A stretch of DNA of 64,000 nt from a virus, in the IMG/VR virus record IMGVR_UViG_3300020401_001540, positions 8,865 through 72,864 of that record; one strand, written 5' to 3'. Shown in pieces: positions 42,301 through 51,500 of the stretch. Numbering within the stretch: the first letter of the stretch is position 1; the number at the start of each line of letters is the position of its first letter. The translations under genes and the position numbers were made by a program. The notes below the pieces were generated by a model, which was not told the DNA's origin, searched no databases, and saw only the letters and a program-made list of their open reading frames with translations.

Positions 42301-45300
42301 TAAAGTTGTAATATCTTGATCTTTAAGTTGTGAATAATTTAAAATACTTGTGTACACATCTGTTGGATTAACATATCCTGCTGATGGTACAAAAATATTA
42401 TCATCATTAAAATACTTTGTAGGTAAAGGCTTATGGTCATAATTTTTAGATTTGACGTAAACATTATTCCTGTCAATTTTATATACTAATGATGTGTCCT
42501 GTGGAGGTACTACATCAACTAGTTCAACTGTCTGCGGTTCTAATCTATACTTACTTTCATCCAATAAAACTTCAAAAGTATCAGTACCTTCAGTTGCACC
42601 GTAACGTCCTACCCTTACTGCCCATTCTTCAAAAAATTCTATGCTATCTTTATTGATGCTTCCTAATTTATCAAATAATTTTGTAAGAACATTTTTGGTA
42701 CCTTTGTCCTGAATCATACCTTGGAAAAATTTGTACTGACTAACATCATCTGGAATAATGTTTTCTAAATATTTTCTTTTTTGATATCCTATTAAATGCT
42801 GAGCAAGTTTTTGTTGTTCTATATCAAAGTTATCACTGTCTAAATCGTAAAAATCTTCGAATTGTTTTGCTTTGTAATCAAAATTAGGAAGAAGTTCTGA
42901 CTTAGGTTTTCCGTTTAATAGTACAAATGCCCTATCATTAAATACGCTAGAGCCTGCAATGTTTCTATTAGCGACATAAAAATACTGCTTATATTTTACT
43001 AAATCACCAATTTTATAATCTTGCCAAGCTGTCCATTCGTATACTGTTGCATCTGAGAAAATAAATCCAGGAACATTTAAGCCTCCATTCCAGCCATCAC
43101 TTTTATATCCTTTTACCTTGATTCTTTCTTGTCTATATCCTTGTGGTCTAGTATAAATTTTATCATTGAATACTGTTTGGTTATCAATAATAATTGCATG
43201 TTCAGTTTGTACTGTAGGAATTTTTAAATGATATATTCCTTCTTGAGTATTCTTAACATACATTCCAAAATCGTTTGTTGTATCTCTTTCTGTTGTTGCA
43301 AAATCTGCAAGTAATCTTTTACCGTCTGCTTTCAAAAGACTGTAGTCATAAAAATTATCATAGATATCATCAACCACTGCAAATGGATTTGTAAATGCAA
43401 TTTGTCTAGCACTAGGACTAATTGTTAATACAGCACCTTCGCCCCAATTCTGTGTAGTCCAAAACATAAACTCTTTACAACTTAATTTCCAGTTCTCAAT
43501 TTCTTGCAGTGTTTTATTATATGTGTCAAAAATAAATCCTGAACTTTGTAGGTATTCTTGATAACCGAGCAAGAAATCTACTACATCTTGTATCTCTGGA
43601 AATACTGTACCGTAGCTGACTTCAAAAATTTCGTTGTCAAAGTTAGTAGCAAATGTAGCATTGGCTCCACCTTCTGTTGGAAGGTCTGCCATTTGTTGAA
43701 AATTATCTGTATTAAAAGCATCACTACTAGTATGACCAATTTTCACTCTATAATATGTGCCTTTGAAGTCAACAACTTGTCCAGGTTCATACACTTTTCC
43801 TGTTGACCATGTTAAGAAGTTTTCACTTATACCACCAATGTTAACTACTTGATCAGTTGCTTTCTTTAGCACAGGATATGTTTTGAATGTTGGACTATCT
43901 TTGTCGTAACCTGATACTTTAAAACCTCTTGGTAATTTTTCTACAATGACACCACTATAAGAATATACATTAGTAGGAACACTTTTTGTTAAGACTATAT
44001 TGTAATTTTCTTCCGGAATAAAAATATTACCTTCATTTGTAGGTGTTCTACTATCAAGTATAAGTCTAAATTTATTTTTTTGTGTAAATCCACCAATCTT
44101 ACAACCTAACTTGTTTTCTATGCGTTTTAGTTTATTTGAATATTCGTTAAATCGTAACGTTTCATTTGCAGACAAATATCCTTGCATGTAGTTTACAAGG
44201 CCAGCTGTTAAAACTCTATTTTGATCGTTTGCACTATTAGGAAACTGTAGTGTTGACAATTCAATTCTTTTTGACGTATCAGTTCTTACTAATTGGTCTG
44301 CTTCATTTCTAGCAATTCTACTTCTGTCAAATGCAAGCCCAAAATACTGTGCAGGTTGTAGTAATGACCAAGCCTTTACTAGTGCAAACGGATAATGGGA
44401 ACTTCTTCTCCAAGCAGTTTCTACAGGTCCTTCATCACCAAATCTAAAATCTATTCCGTATGTGCTATCAACTCCTCCCTGTGCATAACCAATTTCTGCA
44501 GGACTCAACAGATCTCCATTTTTATCAACTGGAATATATTTTAAAATATCACTATTTTTAAATTTATTTCTGTAAACAATTTTTTTATTAGGCTCTCTAA
44601 CTATACCTTTGCTTAAATCTTGCCATAGTAAATTATTATTTCTTGTATAAGGTGCAGGACCGTACACATCGTCAAACCAGTCTGGCTTTAATTTATATCC
44701 TAATATTTCCCAAGGATGAGTGTGAGGTCTATCTGTGTTGAAAATATCTTTATAAATTGATCTCCAAAATCCTGGAAGTGGTTTATTGTATGGATTACCA
44801 AAGTAAGAATAATTATATGTAAAACTATTACCCCTAGTGAAAACTTTATTTGTAGAATAATCTGGAACTCCTACAGTTTCTAACCAAGCGTTAAATTCGG
44901 ATATAATTACCTTGCTAATATTTTTTCTAGTAAATCCAGTTGGTCTAAAATCAGTTTCAATAAAGTCTGCTAAATCTATTACGTTTTCATCATAAGATAT
45001 TTTTAAATTATTGTAAATTCTTTTTTCATATTCTAACAACAACTTATCTCTAAAATCACCAAAGCATCTCCATATAGATCCATCATGACCTTGAAGCACA
45101 GGTTTAGCAACCTCCCATTCAGGATATTCTATAGTGTCGCCAGTAGCATGACTCATGGAAGAATTTGGCATAAAGAAAATTCTGTTATGGCCATCAAACT
45201 TGTGCGTATGAGCAAGTCCTGTTCCGCCATTGTTTTTATCAAATGCCTGTGCTGAAGTTTCATCAGTAAACAATGGATAGAACCAACCTAGCTTGTTTTT

Positions 45301-48300
45301 ATATCCTTTGGTCGTTGTAGAATCAATACCGTAAATTTTATAAGGTCCTGTACTGTCTGGTATTGTTGAGATATAAGTGTCGTCTAAAAATATCTGTGGT
45401 TGGTACTTAGGATATAATCCTAATTTAGTTGGCGTAGGAGGTATCCAACAACCATCGGTAGTTTCGTATTCTACGATCTTGATTTTGTCGCCTGCTTTAA
45501 TATTTGTTGTTATAGTTACAAAGCCATCTGTGCTTAAAGTATAATCTTTGTCCTTTATCAATTGTTCAAGATTAAGATATATCAATACAGCGTTTTCATT
45601 TAGATTTGTAAAGGATACAGTTCTTGTAAGATTAAAAATTGTTTGACTTGTATCTTCTATTTCATATTCTTGAACTGTGTCTCCACCAAATGGAATCATG
45701 TCGCTAAAATAAAAAGGATCCTTTGTGCCTCTAGTCTTAGTAAGTTCTAATAAAATTTTATCTACATGCGTTTTATCATCTGATTCAAAACCTAGGTCAT
45801 TTGCTATTCTTAGAAATTCTCTTTTTTGTTTGATATATTCTCTACCAGAATATTCAATTGCCTTTATCATATTGTAATCTTTGCTTGTTAAATTAAACAA
45901 AGCAAGATTAATTGGTCCAGAATGTTGTACAAAACGCAATCCAAATTGTGATACCGGACCTAAGTCTCTTAAATTTCCAACTCCTGGAAAACTTCCTGTA
46001 AAATCATTTACATTATCAACTATACTGCTTACATGATCTAAAACCTCACCAAACGTAAAATCAACTACGTTTTCATTCATAGGATTTTTTTCGAAGTTAA
46101 TAGGAAACTTGTAATAGCCTCTATGATTTTTTGCAGTTGCAGATGTTGATTCTATAACTACTTTTTGATTTAACTGTAAATCAGTGTTGAACTTAATGTA
46201 TGCATAACCATTTTGTCTAAAAATAGTATAATCAGTTGTGTCATACATTCTTACATTATCAACATAAATTTTTACTTTCAAATCATTTAGATCGCCGCTT
46301 CGCAGATAACAATCTATAATAAAATTGTTCGTCCTTGGCCCTGACACATATTGCAACACAACTGGTTGCTCTGATAACATAGGAGCTTTTTTCCAACCCG
46401 ATACGCTAGAAAAAGTTGTTCTGGCTGTATATTTTCTAAGTAATGCTGTATCTGTTTTTACTGTTAAAACATCTGTCAATACATCGTATTGATATGTATC
46501 ATTCAGTAAATTAAAATCAAACGTGATATCACCACTGTTCTCAATCGTTCTATAAGATAAAGGAAAACCTAATTCAGTGTCGTTAGATCCGACACCAGTT
46601 TTATAAGAAAAAATCTTATTACCTGCAAAAGTACTTCCTTCTAAAGATGAAAGTGGTGTACCTGCATCATTATACAAGTCAAAAACAGGCGCTTGGTTAA
46701 TACCAGTTTTGTTTTGACCTTGCTTCCAACTAGTTCCGTCATAGTAAAAAATTGTTCCCCTAAAATTTGTACCTGCTTTTACCAACACAGTTTGATTTAA
46801 TAATGGTGTGGTATCTGTAGTTTCTTTGAGGGCAATTTGATTTGTACCATTTTGATTTATAAATGTTACCGTATAAATTTTTCCGTTTACAAGAGAGTCT
46901 GGGTCAGCAGTAAATAAAACACGCATACCTGTTACTAGTTCTGTGCCGTCAACAAAGTAACCAACTTGGCCTTCAATATCAGAGAACACATCTGTTGTCA
47001 CAGTATCTACAAGATCAACTGCTGTCTTTGCTTCTGTACCAAAGTTATACAGTTTTAATCCAGCTTCAAATTCAATAATAGGTCTTGTAGCTCTAAATTG
47101 TTGATCAATAGTTACCGCTGTGTTATTAATTGCACTAGTTGTTTCAATTACAGATTTATGAGTCCATAAGTTATATCTACTCCATTGGTTTCTATCTTTA
47201 GATCCCTTGTTAATGACTATATAATCTTTTTGGTTTGTGTATGATAATGCATCGTCAAATGGTAAAGCATCAAATGCTTGTCCATCAAATTGTGTTTTAA
47301 TATCACTTAGATAGCCTGCACTAACACTCAAATCACTTTCAGCTATTAGTTTTATACTATCTCCTACTCCTTCAACGTACCAAGTGCCTTCTCCATATTT
47401 AGAGGGAGATACATCTCCAAAAAATTCTAACTTCATTCCATTGGATAACTCGTATCCGTTTTGCATTTTGTAGGTTTTCTTACCTACAATATCTAAGTCT
47501 ACATCTAAAAAAGTGTTGTCTATTATGTTTTTAATGATTATTAATCCACTTGCTTCTATATCATTTCCATTAACATAATATAAAGTATCAGGAGCTTCTA
47601 AATCAATCTTCCAAGTAATCTTTCCATTTTCAATTTTTTGTTGGCTTACTCCTTCATTGTAAAGATTAGAATCATCGTCAACATTAATAGATGTCCTAAT
47701 GCTAAACGGCATGTCTGTAGCATTTATATCAAATGTATATGATTGTCCTTTGTATAATGTAAGTGTTGGATTGCTAACAATATTTTCCTCAGAGAAAGCG
47801 TAAGCGTCATTATCTACATTATTTTGTTTTGTAACCTTGAATGTGCTTTCTATATCTCTTGCTGTACCATAAACAGGAATGCTGTTAGGACCAGTAGGTA
47901 ACCAATAATACTCTCTAAAATTTGTAAACTTATCCCAATCAATGTGCGGTTCCCAAGCATAGTATTCTTGGCTATTTAAAAGACTATGATTGCTTGTATC
48001 TGCATTTCTAATTTTAGCACTGTTTACATAATCTCTATAATCTCTATATAATGTATTATTACCGAGATCGTCTGTAATTGTAGCTACAGGTTCTAATTGA
48101 TAATTTTCTCTATCATCGGATACATCAGACAGGTAATTGTCATCAGCCTTGAATGCTTTTGCATCACGTCTTCCTATAAAGCCGTCTACTTTCTCAATGA
48201 CACCTGGTTGCATCATTTGATCAAGTGTGCTACTTAGAAACTTTCTGTTTGCAGTGGTTCTAAAGTATCTAGGAAGTAAAGATGCTACTTCTCTTTTTTC

Positions 48301-48339
48301 ATCTTTTCCAGTCTGGATTGGTTTTTCGTCTTGCGCCAT
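33331..48339 (-). CDS. giant (5002 aa) baseplate wedge/structural protein, positional gp7 analogue
   Basis: Uninterrupted 15-kb ORF directly after gp6. Contains FG-GAP-like propeller repeats, CBM5/12-like repeats, GSGY repeats and GDGST repeats. Confidence 0.8.
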   Translation of the reverse strand: MAQDEKPIQTGKDEKREVASLLPRYFRTTANRKFLSSTLDQMMQPGVIEKVDGFIGRRDAKAFKADDNYLSDVSDDRENYQLEPVATITDDLGNNTLYRDYRDYVNSAKIRNADTSNHSLLNSQEYYAWEPHIDWDKFTNFREYYWLPTGPNSIPVYGTARDIESTFKVTKQNNVDNDAYAFSEENIVSNPTLTLYKGQSYTFDINATDMPFSIRTSINVDDDSNLYNEGVSQQKIENGKITWKIDLEAPDTLYYVNGNDIEASGLIIIKNIIDNTFLDVDLDIVGKKTYKMQNGYELSNGMKLEFFGDVSPSKYGEGTWYVEGVGDSIKLIAESDLSVSAGYLSDIKTQFDGQAFDALPFDDALSYTNQKDYIVINKGSKDRNQWSRYNLWTHKSVIETTSAINNTAVTIDQQFRATRPIIEFEAGLKLYNFGTEAKTAVDLVDTVTTDVFSDIEGQVGYFVDGTELVTGMRVLFTADPDSLVNGKIYTVTFINQNGTNQIALKETTDTTPLLNQTVLVKAGTNFRGTIFYYDGTSWKQGQNKTGINQAPVFDLYNDAGTPLSSLEGSTFAGNKIFSYKTGVGSNDTELGFPLSYRTIENSGDITFDFNLLNDTYQYDVLTDVLTVKTDTALLRKYTARTTFSSVSGWKKAPMLSEQPVVLQYVSGPRTNNFIIDCYLRSGDLNDLKVKIYVDNVRMYDTTDYTIFRQNGYAYIKFNTDLQLNQKVVIESTSATAKNHRGYYKFPINFEKNPMNENVVDFTFGEVLDHVSSIVDNVNDFTGSFPGVGNLRDLGPVSQFGLRFVQHSGPINLALFNLTSKDYNMIKAIEYSGREYIKQKREFLRIANDLGFESDDKTHVDKILLELTKTRGTKDPFYFSDMIPFGGDTVQEYEIEDTSQTIFNLTRTVSFTNLNENAVLIYLNLEQLIKDKDYTLSTDGFVTITTNIKAGDKIKIVEYETTDGCWIPPTPTKLGLYPKYQPQIFLDDTYISTIPDSTGPYKIYGIDSTTTKGYKNKLGWFYPLFTDETSAQAFDKNNGGTGLAHTHKFDGHNRIFFMPNSSMSHATGDTIEYPEWEVAKPVLQGHDGSIWRCFGDFRDKLLLEYEKRIYNNLKISYDENVIDLADFIETDFRPTGFTRKNISKVIISEFNAWLETVGVPDYSTNKVFTRGNSFTYNYSYFGNPYNKPLPGFWRSIYKDIFNTDRPHTHPWEILGYKLKPDWFDDVYGPAPYTRNNNLLWQDLSKGIVREPNKKIVYRNKFKNSDILKYIPVDKNGDLLSPAEIGYAQGGVDSTYGIDFRFGDEGPVETAWRRSSHYPFALVKAWSLLQPAQYFGLAFDRSRIARNEADQLVRTDTSKRIELSTLQFPNSANDQNRVLTAGLVNYMQGYLSANETLRFNEYSNKLKRIENKLGCKIGGFTQKNKFRLILDSRTPTNEGNIFIPEENYNIVLTKSVPTNVYSYSGVIVEKLPRGFKVSGYDKDSPTFKTYPVLKKATDQVVNIGGISENFLTWSTGKVYEPGQVVDFKGTYYRVKIGHTSSDAFNTDNFQQMADLPTEGGANATFATNFDNEIFEVSYGTVFPEIQDVVDFLLGYQEYLQSSGFIFDTYNKTLQEIENWKLSCKEFMFWTTQNWGEGAVLTISPSARQIAFTNPFAVVDDIYDNFYDYSLLKADGKRLLADFATTERDTTNDFGMYVKNTQEGIYHLKIPTVQTEHAIIIDNQTVFNDKIYTRPQGYRQERIKVKGYKSDGWNGGLNVPGFIFSDATVYEWTAWQDYKIGDLVKYKQYFYVANRNIAGSSVFNDRAFVLLNGKPKSELLPNFDYKAKQFEDFYDLDSDNFDIEQQKLAQHLIGYQKRKYLENIIPDDVSQYKFFQGMIQDKGTKNVLTKLFDKLGSINKDSIEFFEEWAVRVGRYGATEGTDTFEVLLDESKYRLEPQTVELVDVVPPQDTSLVYKIDRNNVYVKSKNYDHKPLPTKYFNDDNIFVPSAGYVNPTDVYTSILNYSQLKDQDITTLQAGSYIWTALEKDQINWAVYKYMATDLKIQSVTGTQNDVFQLTLNNEPDFEIGDVIGIKDVNDETDGFYTVNKIQLNVLSLDSTDSISDSTADYTGEGFLTKYKKVRVSNLTEANENIKDGGITPFSLTGSSAAGQTIWVDDDDTGKWIVLKSKQVYELKPNILNTTAGLLDSTQKDFGSSVSVSQDNNTVAITAPKDLNGSVYVFTRPSDNTELGLLQQIDEQAFLYDSNGGFGTSVSITPDGKYLAIGSPNASNAKSKLKGDYVNTEAYASGDIVLYSDQLWRAKRNVTADAIQTFESHASNQQSISDDYNAETSQYPEIVFMMRGNYSMPTEATDHVLIRAEKEQWEGTKPGDKLTLKWNQFTTTSAGGVLPFNGDPVLNANFFNGQHIIVGKVKMVVEIVSALATPDVGDEITTDTARAKVQYRFIDNDNRLILYLNDVNGQLETSGTILQNNITIGTYNAVNHIADNYHTGWWYINVGTSFNSTNLQETKPNLVVQNITLEGDTTNDPAFTNILDTKQNEDIINNPTRASYYAVLSHQQGATEINLLDSRWVIRTELAHGNSFTVGDKFRTWINDIYVSGVRQDPSAIGLDYTYVNNTEHTVADIWNGWVDVRLTNFDLNGDPFLPNIGDIVTDTATGSTAEVAYIQRSFAIARFWLKNRNGTWSRGSDFSEPSNCTFIENDSTVRTVGPINNTHVENNLSGPLLVVDKGSNIEIPTGNSFIQDTEYWIYSSNTIQGISDSANPPGALNLDWTRVYNIPLNSSGYTAASDMDAQGTFAIYEKRGATYQLINYYTVPNARPGRRLGNKVEFRQIDADTYKLFVHAKGDGTEHNQGRIYFVEKNATEDWSLGIERKYKGFHRSSATYFEGDLVRFGNEIYEANTNTIPGAFNLALWTRKTSGLDLLGYVPNDTNFSISESVLEQNKLEAFGENFDVSKSADVLIASSMYTSQYQIDSTDGTLLYAEGDAVDSSLASTKIVVYRKVADQYEYSQILEPFNQFEDYGRSIAISNDGKKIAVGAPFNSELVPNGGCVYIYVQNGTTFSYRQTIRPRDKQPNTRFGFKLDFDGNTLAITSRGGDLEKVTTFDQSSTQFDNASTEFKLIDNDSGLVSIYETINDTLLYAQDFAYNTDTQDFGNIMRVNDNHIYLGLPKQQVNLTNEIDRGLVAEYRKPQGMTNWTIARSPVDPVDTSKLKGVYLFDKTDNSLVTYLDYIDPLQGKISGIADQEIDFKVSYDPARYSVSTIDSVTAYPMDYTAEKWIGKIWWDIGSAKFINFHQGDVIESTQNFNKLFPGSVVDVYEWVETTLLPSEWDEQSGSEAGLTQGISGTTKYGDSAYSVRRRYDTATQTFTNYYYYWVRNKATLPSVDTRRTSAFDVAAAISDPASAGTRFVAPLGSNRFSLFNCEPFIKDKNVGISWNWWTIENQEQNTHNEYQIITDGLETSIPRADLEQKWYDSLVGFDKNDRPVPDINLPVRQKYGNLNEPRQSWFVNKTEARKQFVERINKTLKENLIVDDKDLTKLTRIDPLPTNAEGKFDTTSDSFAELNFVSVAKVRQASLTLEVENGNIINVIINDGGQGYINPPTYTISDAQGTGCELKFTLDANGAISDVEIVSAGQNYTNNVSILIRKFSVLVQNDETVGGKWAIFEWIGTEWQRTLTQAYDVNAYWKYIDWYATGFNQFTPISFQLSSSYELSGLGDNIGDVVKIDNVGTGGWLLLQKKDNQETDDYSINYNTIGRQNGTIEFLNSLYDVTNENIAYDGASFDKIFYDTEPVEEFRVLIDAIKNDIFIDELAGKWNELFFASIRYVFAEQPNVDWVFKTSFIKAKHNIGELKQKTNFQNDNLSSYENFVEEVKPYKTKIREYLSSYEKIDPSSTVMTDFDLPPVYNADAGKIIPQSVQVMENQIVSGTSEITKYPSKHWAENVGFELLELNIADAGSGYSIPPQIKISGGGGSGAEARAYIGTNGRVTTVEVTKSGSGYLSQPNVEIIGSLEEGGTTARLSPVLGKGKARGMHVRCKFDRVTGVYLFSKLNETQTFTSVINQQIFNLKWPVQLKSTRIKVTVDGLDSLRSEYTFENIKDTSKGYTRYYGRITFTLPLRTGQNVIIEYDKAPDLLQAQDRINLYYNPATGMYGNDLGQILEGIDYGGVEVSSYSFGSGTGWDSDEWFTTTYDTFDTTFDDEIFQMDGSTEIFNLSKPLENGVVYNVYLNGTRIDDPNFGTNAQTNANAVLQSIVGAGQTTVEITNDVQKFVANDVVVFRKTTSDGAFLPDPRSYDTILSGGDLQFFTAKGINPEEIIVDGDGFVTPTTSKGPEEQVPGQILDTVDIRVFHRQSKGGSLLSSNSYNADGVNVEFGFGIQPQNKDGLIVRVNEIIQNQNTYIVDYRLKKVKFRTPPSAGDFINILSVSGNGDNIVEFDEFIGDGCSVQYVTKARWSANLDYYATVNGKQVESVLIASDDSGSEDTKAVLFFGSPPPDQSVINFAIYSKIDSFSKLETQEFTGDGSTVNFTLAKTPYSAKPNSHNVIVKQGNKILNPGYNQQFNVEDGVREYFLEIWQRPIGSFDNSDVLVLLNGTELKIATEYNIRPANSSIILEPGIGTDGDKLEVYIRTDGDYAFGSIQVINNQNTWVDSGNVLQLNTAPAEGELLTVYTFNKHDFQDFERINFDVVARSTLSVGTDDHIQYNHLKAGLVKLRNPAIDAQFVWLTVNGILKTPSVDYKLTDDKKFVKYNGILNDNDVIEVIQFSATGATEPKFGFSQFKDILNRNIYKRLGDVAPIKLAQDLLVTDKEIVLDDASTISSPDKTSSVPGIIFINGERIEFLIRQGNTLRQIQRGTFGTGAPEVHFAGSDVYNQGIQQTAPYADQTITDTQIGDGSTSVFDLGFTPNSVNEFEVFVAGKRLRKTEIQVFDPTKDQDSPEADITAPAEFSVTGNTPAVTLLNTPASGVKVQIIRRQGTVWADPGVSLNDSESSVARFFKAEKVELPK

Positions 48340-48530
48340 TAGTATCCATAGCCTCCGCCGCCACCGCCGCTTGAACCTCCTCCTCCGGAACTACCACCGC
48401 CTCCAGAACTGCTACCGCCTCCGCTTGATCCAGATCCTGTGCTAGATTGATTACTGCTTGATGTACTTGTACTTGAAGTTGACGGAGTAGATGAGGACGT
48501 AGTTGTGGATGTAGTTGAAGTAGTTGTTAC
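48339..48530 (-). repeat. low-complexity Ser/Thr then Gly/Ser tail ending GYGY
   Basis: TTTSTTSTTTSSSTPSTSSTSTSSS...SSGGGGSSGGGGSSGGGGGGYGY. Confidence 0.8.
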
Positions 48531-51500
48531 GCTTAACGCCTGGCTTTGTATACCTGTGTTATTTGTATTAGTTGCTGATACAACATTTCCAGCGGCTTGT
48601 ATTCTTGACGCTGTAACAGAATCAATAATTTCAACATCTGCAACTTTTGCATCACTTACAAATATTTCATCGTTTTCACTTTTTATTTCGTACAAGCTAC
48701 CAAAAGTTAATGTACCTTGTTTAGGCACAATTAAAAAGTTTAATAAGTCTGGCGCCATTGCATTCATTACAAATGTTGCCATTTCAGTAAAATGAAAAGT
48801 TTCTCCAAATTCCCAATTTTGTAAAGAGAAATAAGAATTAATTGCAGAAATTACTCTTACTTTAATATCATTATTATTAACTACATTCTCTGTGTTTTTT
48901 ACAACTTTAAAAACTGCCTGTAGATTTTCTTCTGCTTTACTTCCAAAAAGAATTTTGTATTTTGCGGGATGGTAAATTACTTCATCGCTTATTGATTTGA
49001 TCTTGTTAATATTTTGTCCGTATTGTTGAAACAAAGAATCAACGCTAGGCGGTAAAGGTTTCACGCTACTTGTTCCGTCTAAATAACTTCTAAAGGCACT
49101 GTCATAACTTTTTGTAAGCATGTATACATCAATTATATTAGATACACTTGGATCTATTCTATTGCTTTCATCAGCACTATGAATGTAATGAAATTTTAAA
49201 TTATCTCTACCAACAAATGCAGTATAATCACTTGTTAAACTTAAACTACCACCGCTTAATATTTTAAAATTATTTTGATCTACAATATAGAATATTGTTG
49301 GATCGTTTTCGTATTGGGTATATGCACCTATTTCAACCTCGCTAGATTTTACAATAATTTCAGATCCTCTATCATAGTAATTGTATTTGTTAAATCCTTG
49401 ATCAGAAAGTTCTCTTTTTAAGAAAATGTATTTTGTTAAGCTATTTGTTTCAGGAGCAACAACATTATCAAAAATATCTGGATCGTCAATTGACCCGTCG
49501 TCATTAAGATCAAAAAAGCTGACTTCTACTTTTTTGCTATTCACGTATCCATCTAGATTTCTATATTCTTTTACTATTTCCCAATTGATGTCATTATTAA
49601 AATTTTGTAAACCATCTGGTACAGTATTAAAATTCATAATACTAATTTTGTCTTTTACTAATTGTCCTGTTGCAGAATCATAAATTTTATTTTGTCCGTC
49701 ATAATAAAAAGATAATTCTTTATCACTTTCAAAGATGTATCTTAATCCTCTGTTAGTTACTGTATACTTTTCACCATTCGTTTCAAATAGAATTATCCAA
49801 CTAGCATCTAATTGGTTATTTGTTACATCACCTGTTTTACCGTTACTAAATGTATCGTAAATATTTAGGTTCTCATTAATAATTACACGCCAAATTCTAT
49901 TAACTTGATCATATCTTAATCCAAAAGTTTTATATGCAAAGACTTGATCAATTATTTGCGATCTTACATCACTTGTAATATCTTTAACAAGTTTAGGTTT
50001 TACTTCTTCAAGCACACTATTTTTTGGTAGTATTTCATTAAACACTATAGGTCCTTGTCCAGTTGTTGTATCAACTGATGTTCCTGCACCACTTACACTA
50101 ATAACTTTTACCCATTTGTAACTGCTTGCACCTTTTGCAGTTGCATCGCTAGTCAGTTCTCCTTGACCTATAAAATAAAATCCTGCTGGTGGTACAAATT
50201 TTAATAATGCACCAGCTTCAACATATTTTAAAGAACCTCCTGTAAACGCTCCAACTTGATATGGATTGTTACTAGCACTGTTTAAAAATCCTGTTGATTG
50301 ATTAGTAGATTTTGTACTTTGTACCCAAACTGCATTTAGATCACTAACAATAATTTTTGCATAGTTACTAAAATAAAAATTACTTACTGCTCTGCTTTGT
50401 ATGGTAGGTAAAATTAGGTTTTCAATCTGTCCTTCTATATCAGTTTGATTACTAAATGTAAAACTATTTTTAGCTACATAAGATTCTCTATAAAGTATAC
50501 CATCTGATCCGTATAGGTTTGTGCTAGAATATTTTCCAGTCACATCTTTTAAATCAAAATATCTACTAATACCACTTGAAATTCTATTGGTTGATTTTAC
50601 TTTTACAATTTCCTGATTAGATGTAAGGGGAGCAATATTATAATCCTCACCTGTTATCATTCTATTTTGTGTGTAGTAAGTTTGTGGTGCATTTGTTCTA
50701 ATACTAGCACTTGTTTCTGTTATACTAGCATTTGTAACAACATCTTTTAATTCTAAACCTAATGTCAAAGTTTCTAATTTACCTGACTTACTAACATAGT
50801 CTATGCTTAAATCAATATCAGTCAATTCTTCAGGAGATATACGCATAGATCTGTTTGCACTTTGTCTATAAAAAGTTCTAAACAATCCATTTGGCACATT
50901 ACCAAAAGTGCCGTCCGCAAACACAAAAGTTATTTCATCATCTTTTCTTGTTTGTACAACGTAAAAGTCTCTAATATTTTTTGCTAATCCATTGTAGATT
51001 GCGTTGTTGCCTTCGATAGCATCAACTTTCGTCCATAATTTTTCAACTTGTCCGTTTCCATCTAGTTTATACAACCAGACATCAGTGTCGTTAATGTTAG
51101 AAGCTTCGATGTTTATTCTTTGATTAGCACTTGGACTGTCCACGTTGAACTCTCCAGAATTCAAAGAACCTTGTCTAAAATGCATAAAGTAACCTGTGTT
51201 ACTACTTCCGTTTCCTCTGCCATCTTCTCTATACAAGAACGAAACTTGATTTCCTGGTAATGGAATTTCTTCTTGGATTATATCTTTATCTAAATTTATA
51301 TCAGTTGATACTATTTCAAAAGTAGTAGGAAGTCCGTTTACTCCTTTACTGAAACTGAATACTGGAACATCTGCACTTGAAGAATTGAATCTATAAGTTT
51401 GTGTTAACACACCATTTAGTTGCGTAGACTTTCCTGGCTTTCCTATAATATTGTTTTCAGGTAAAGCAGAATTTAAAACTCGTTGAAATTGCTCTGCCCA

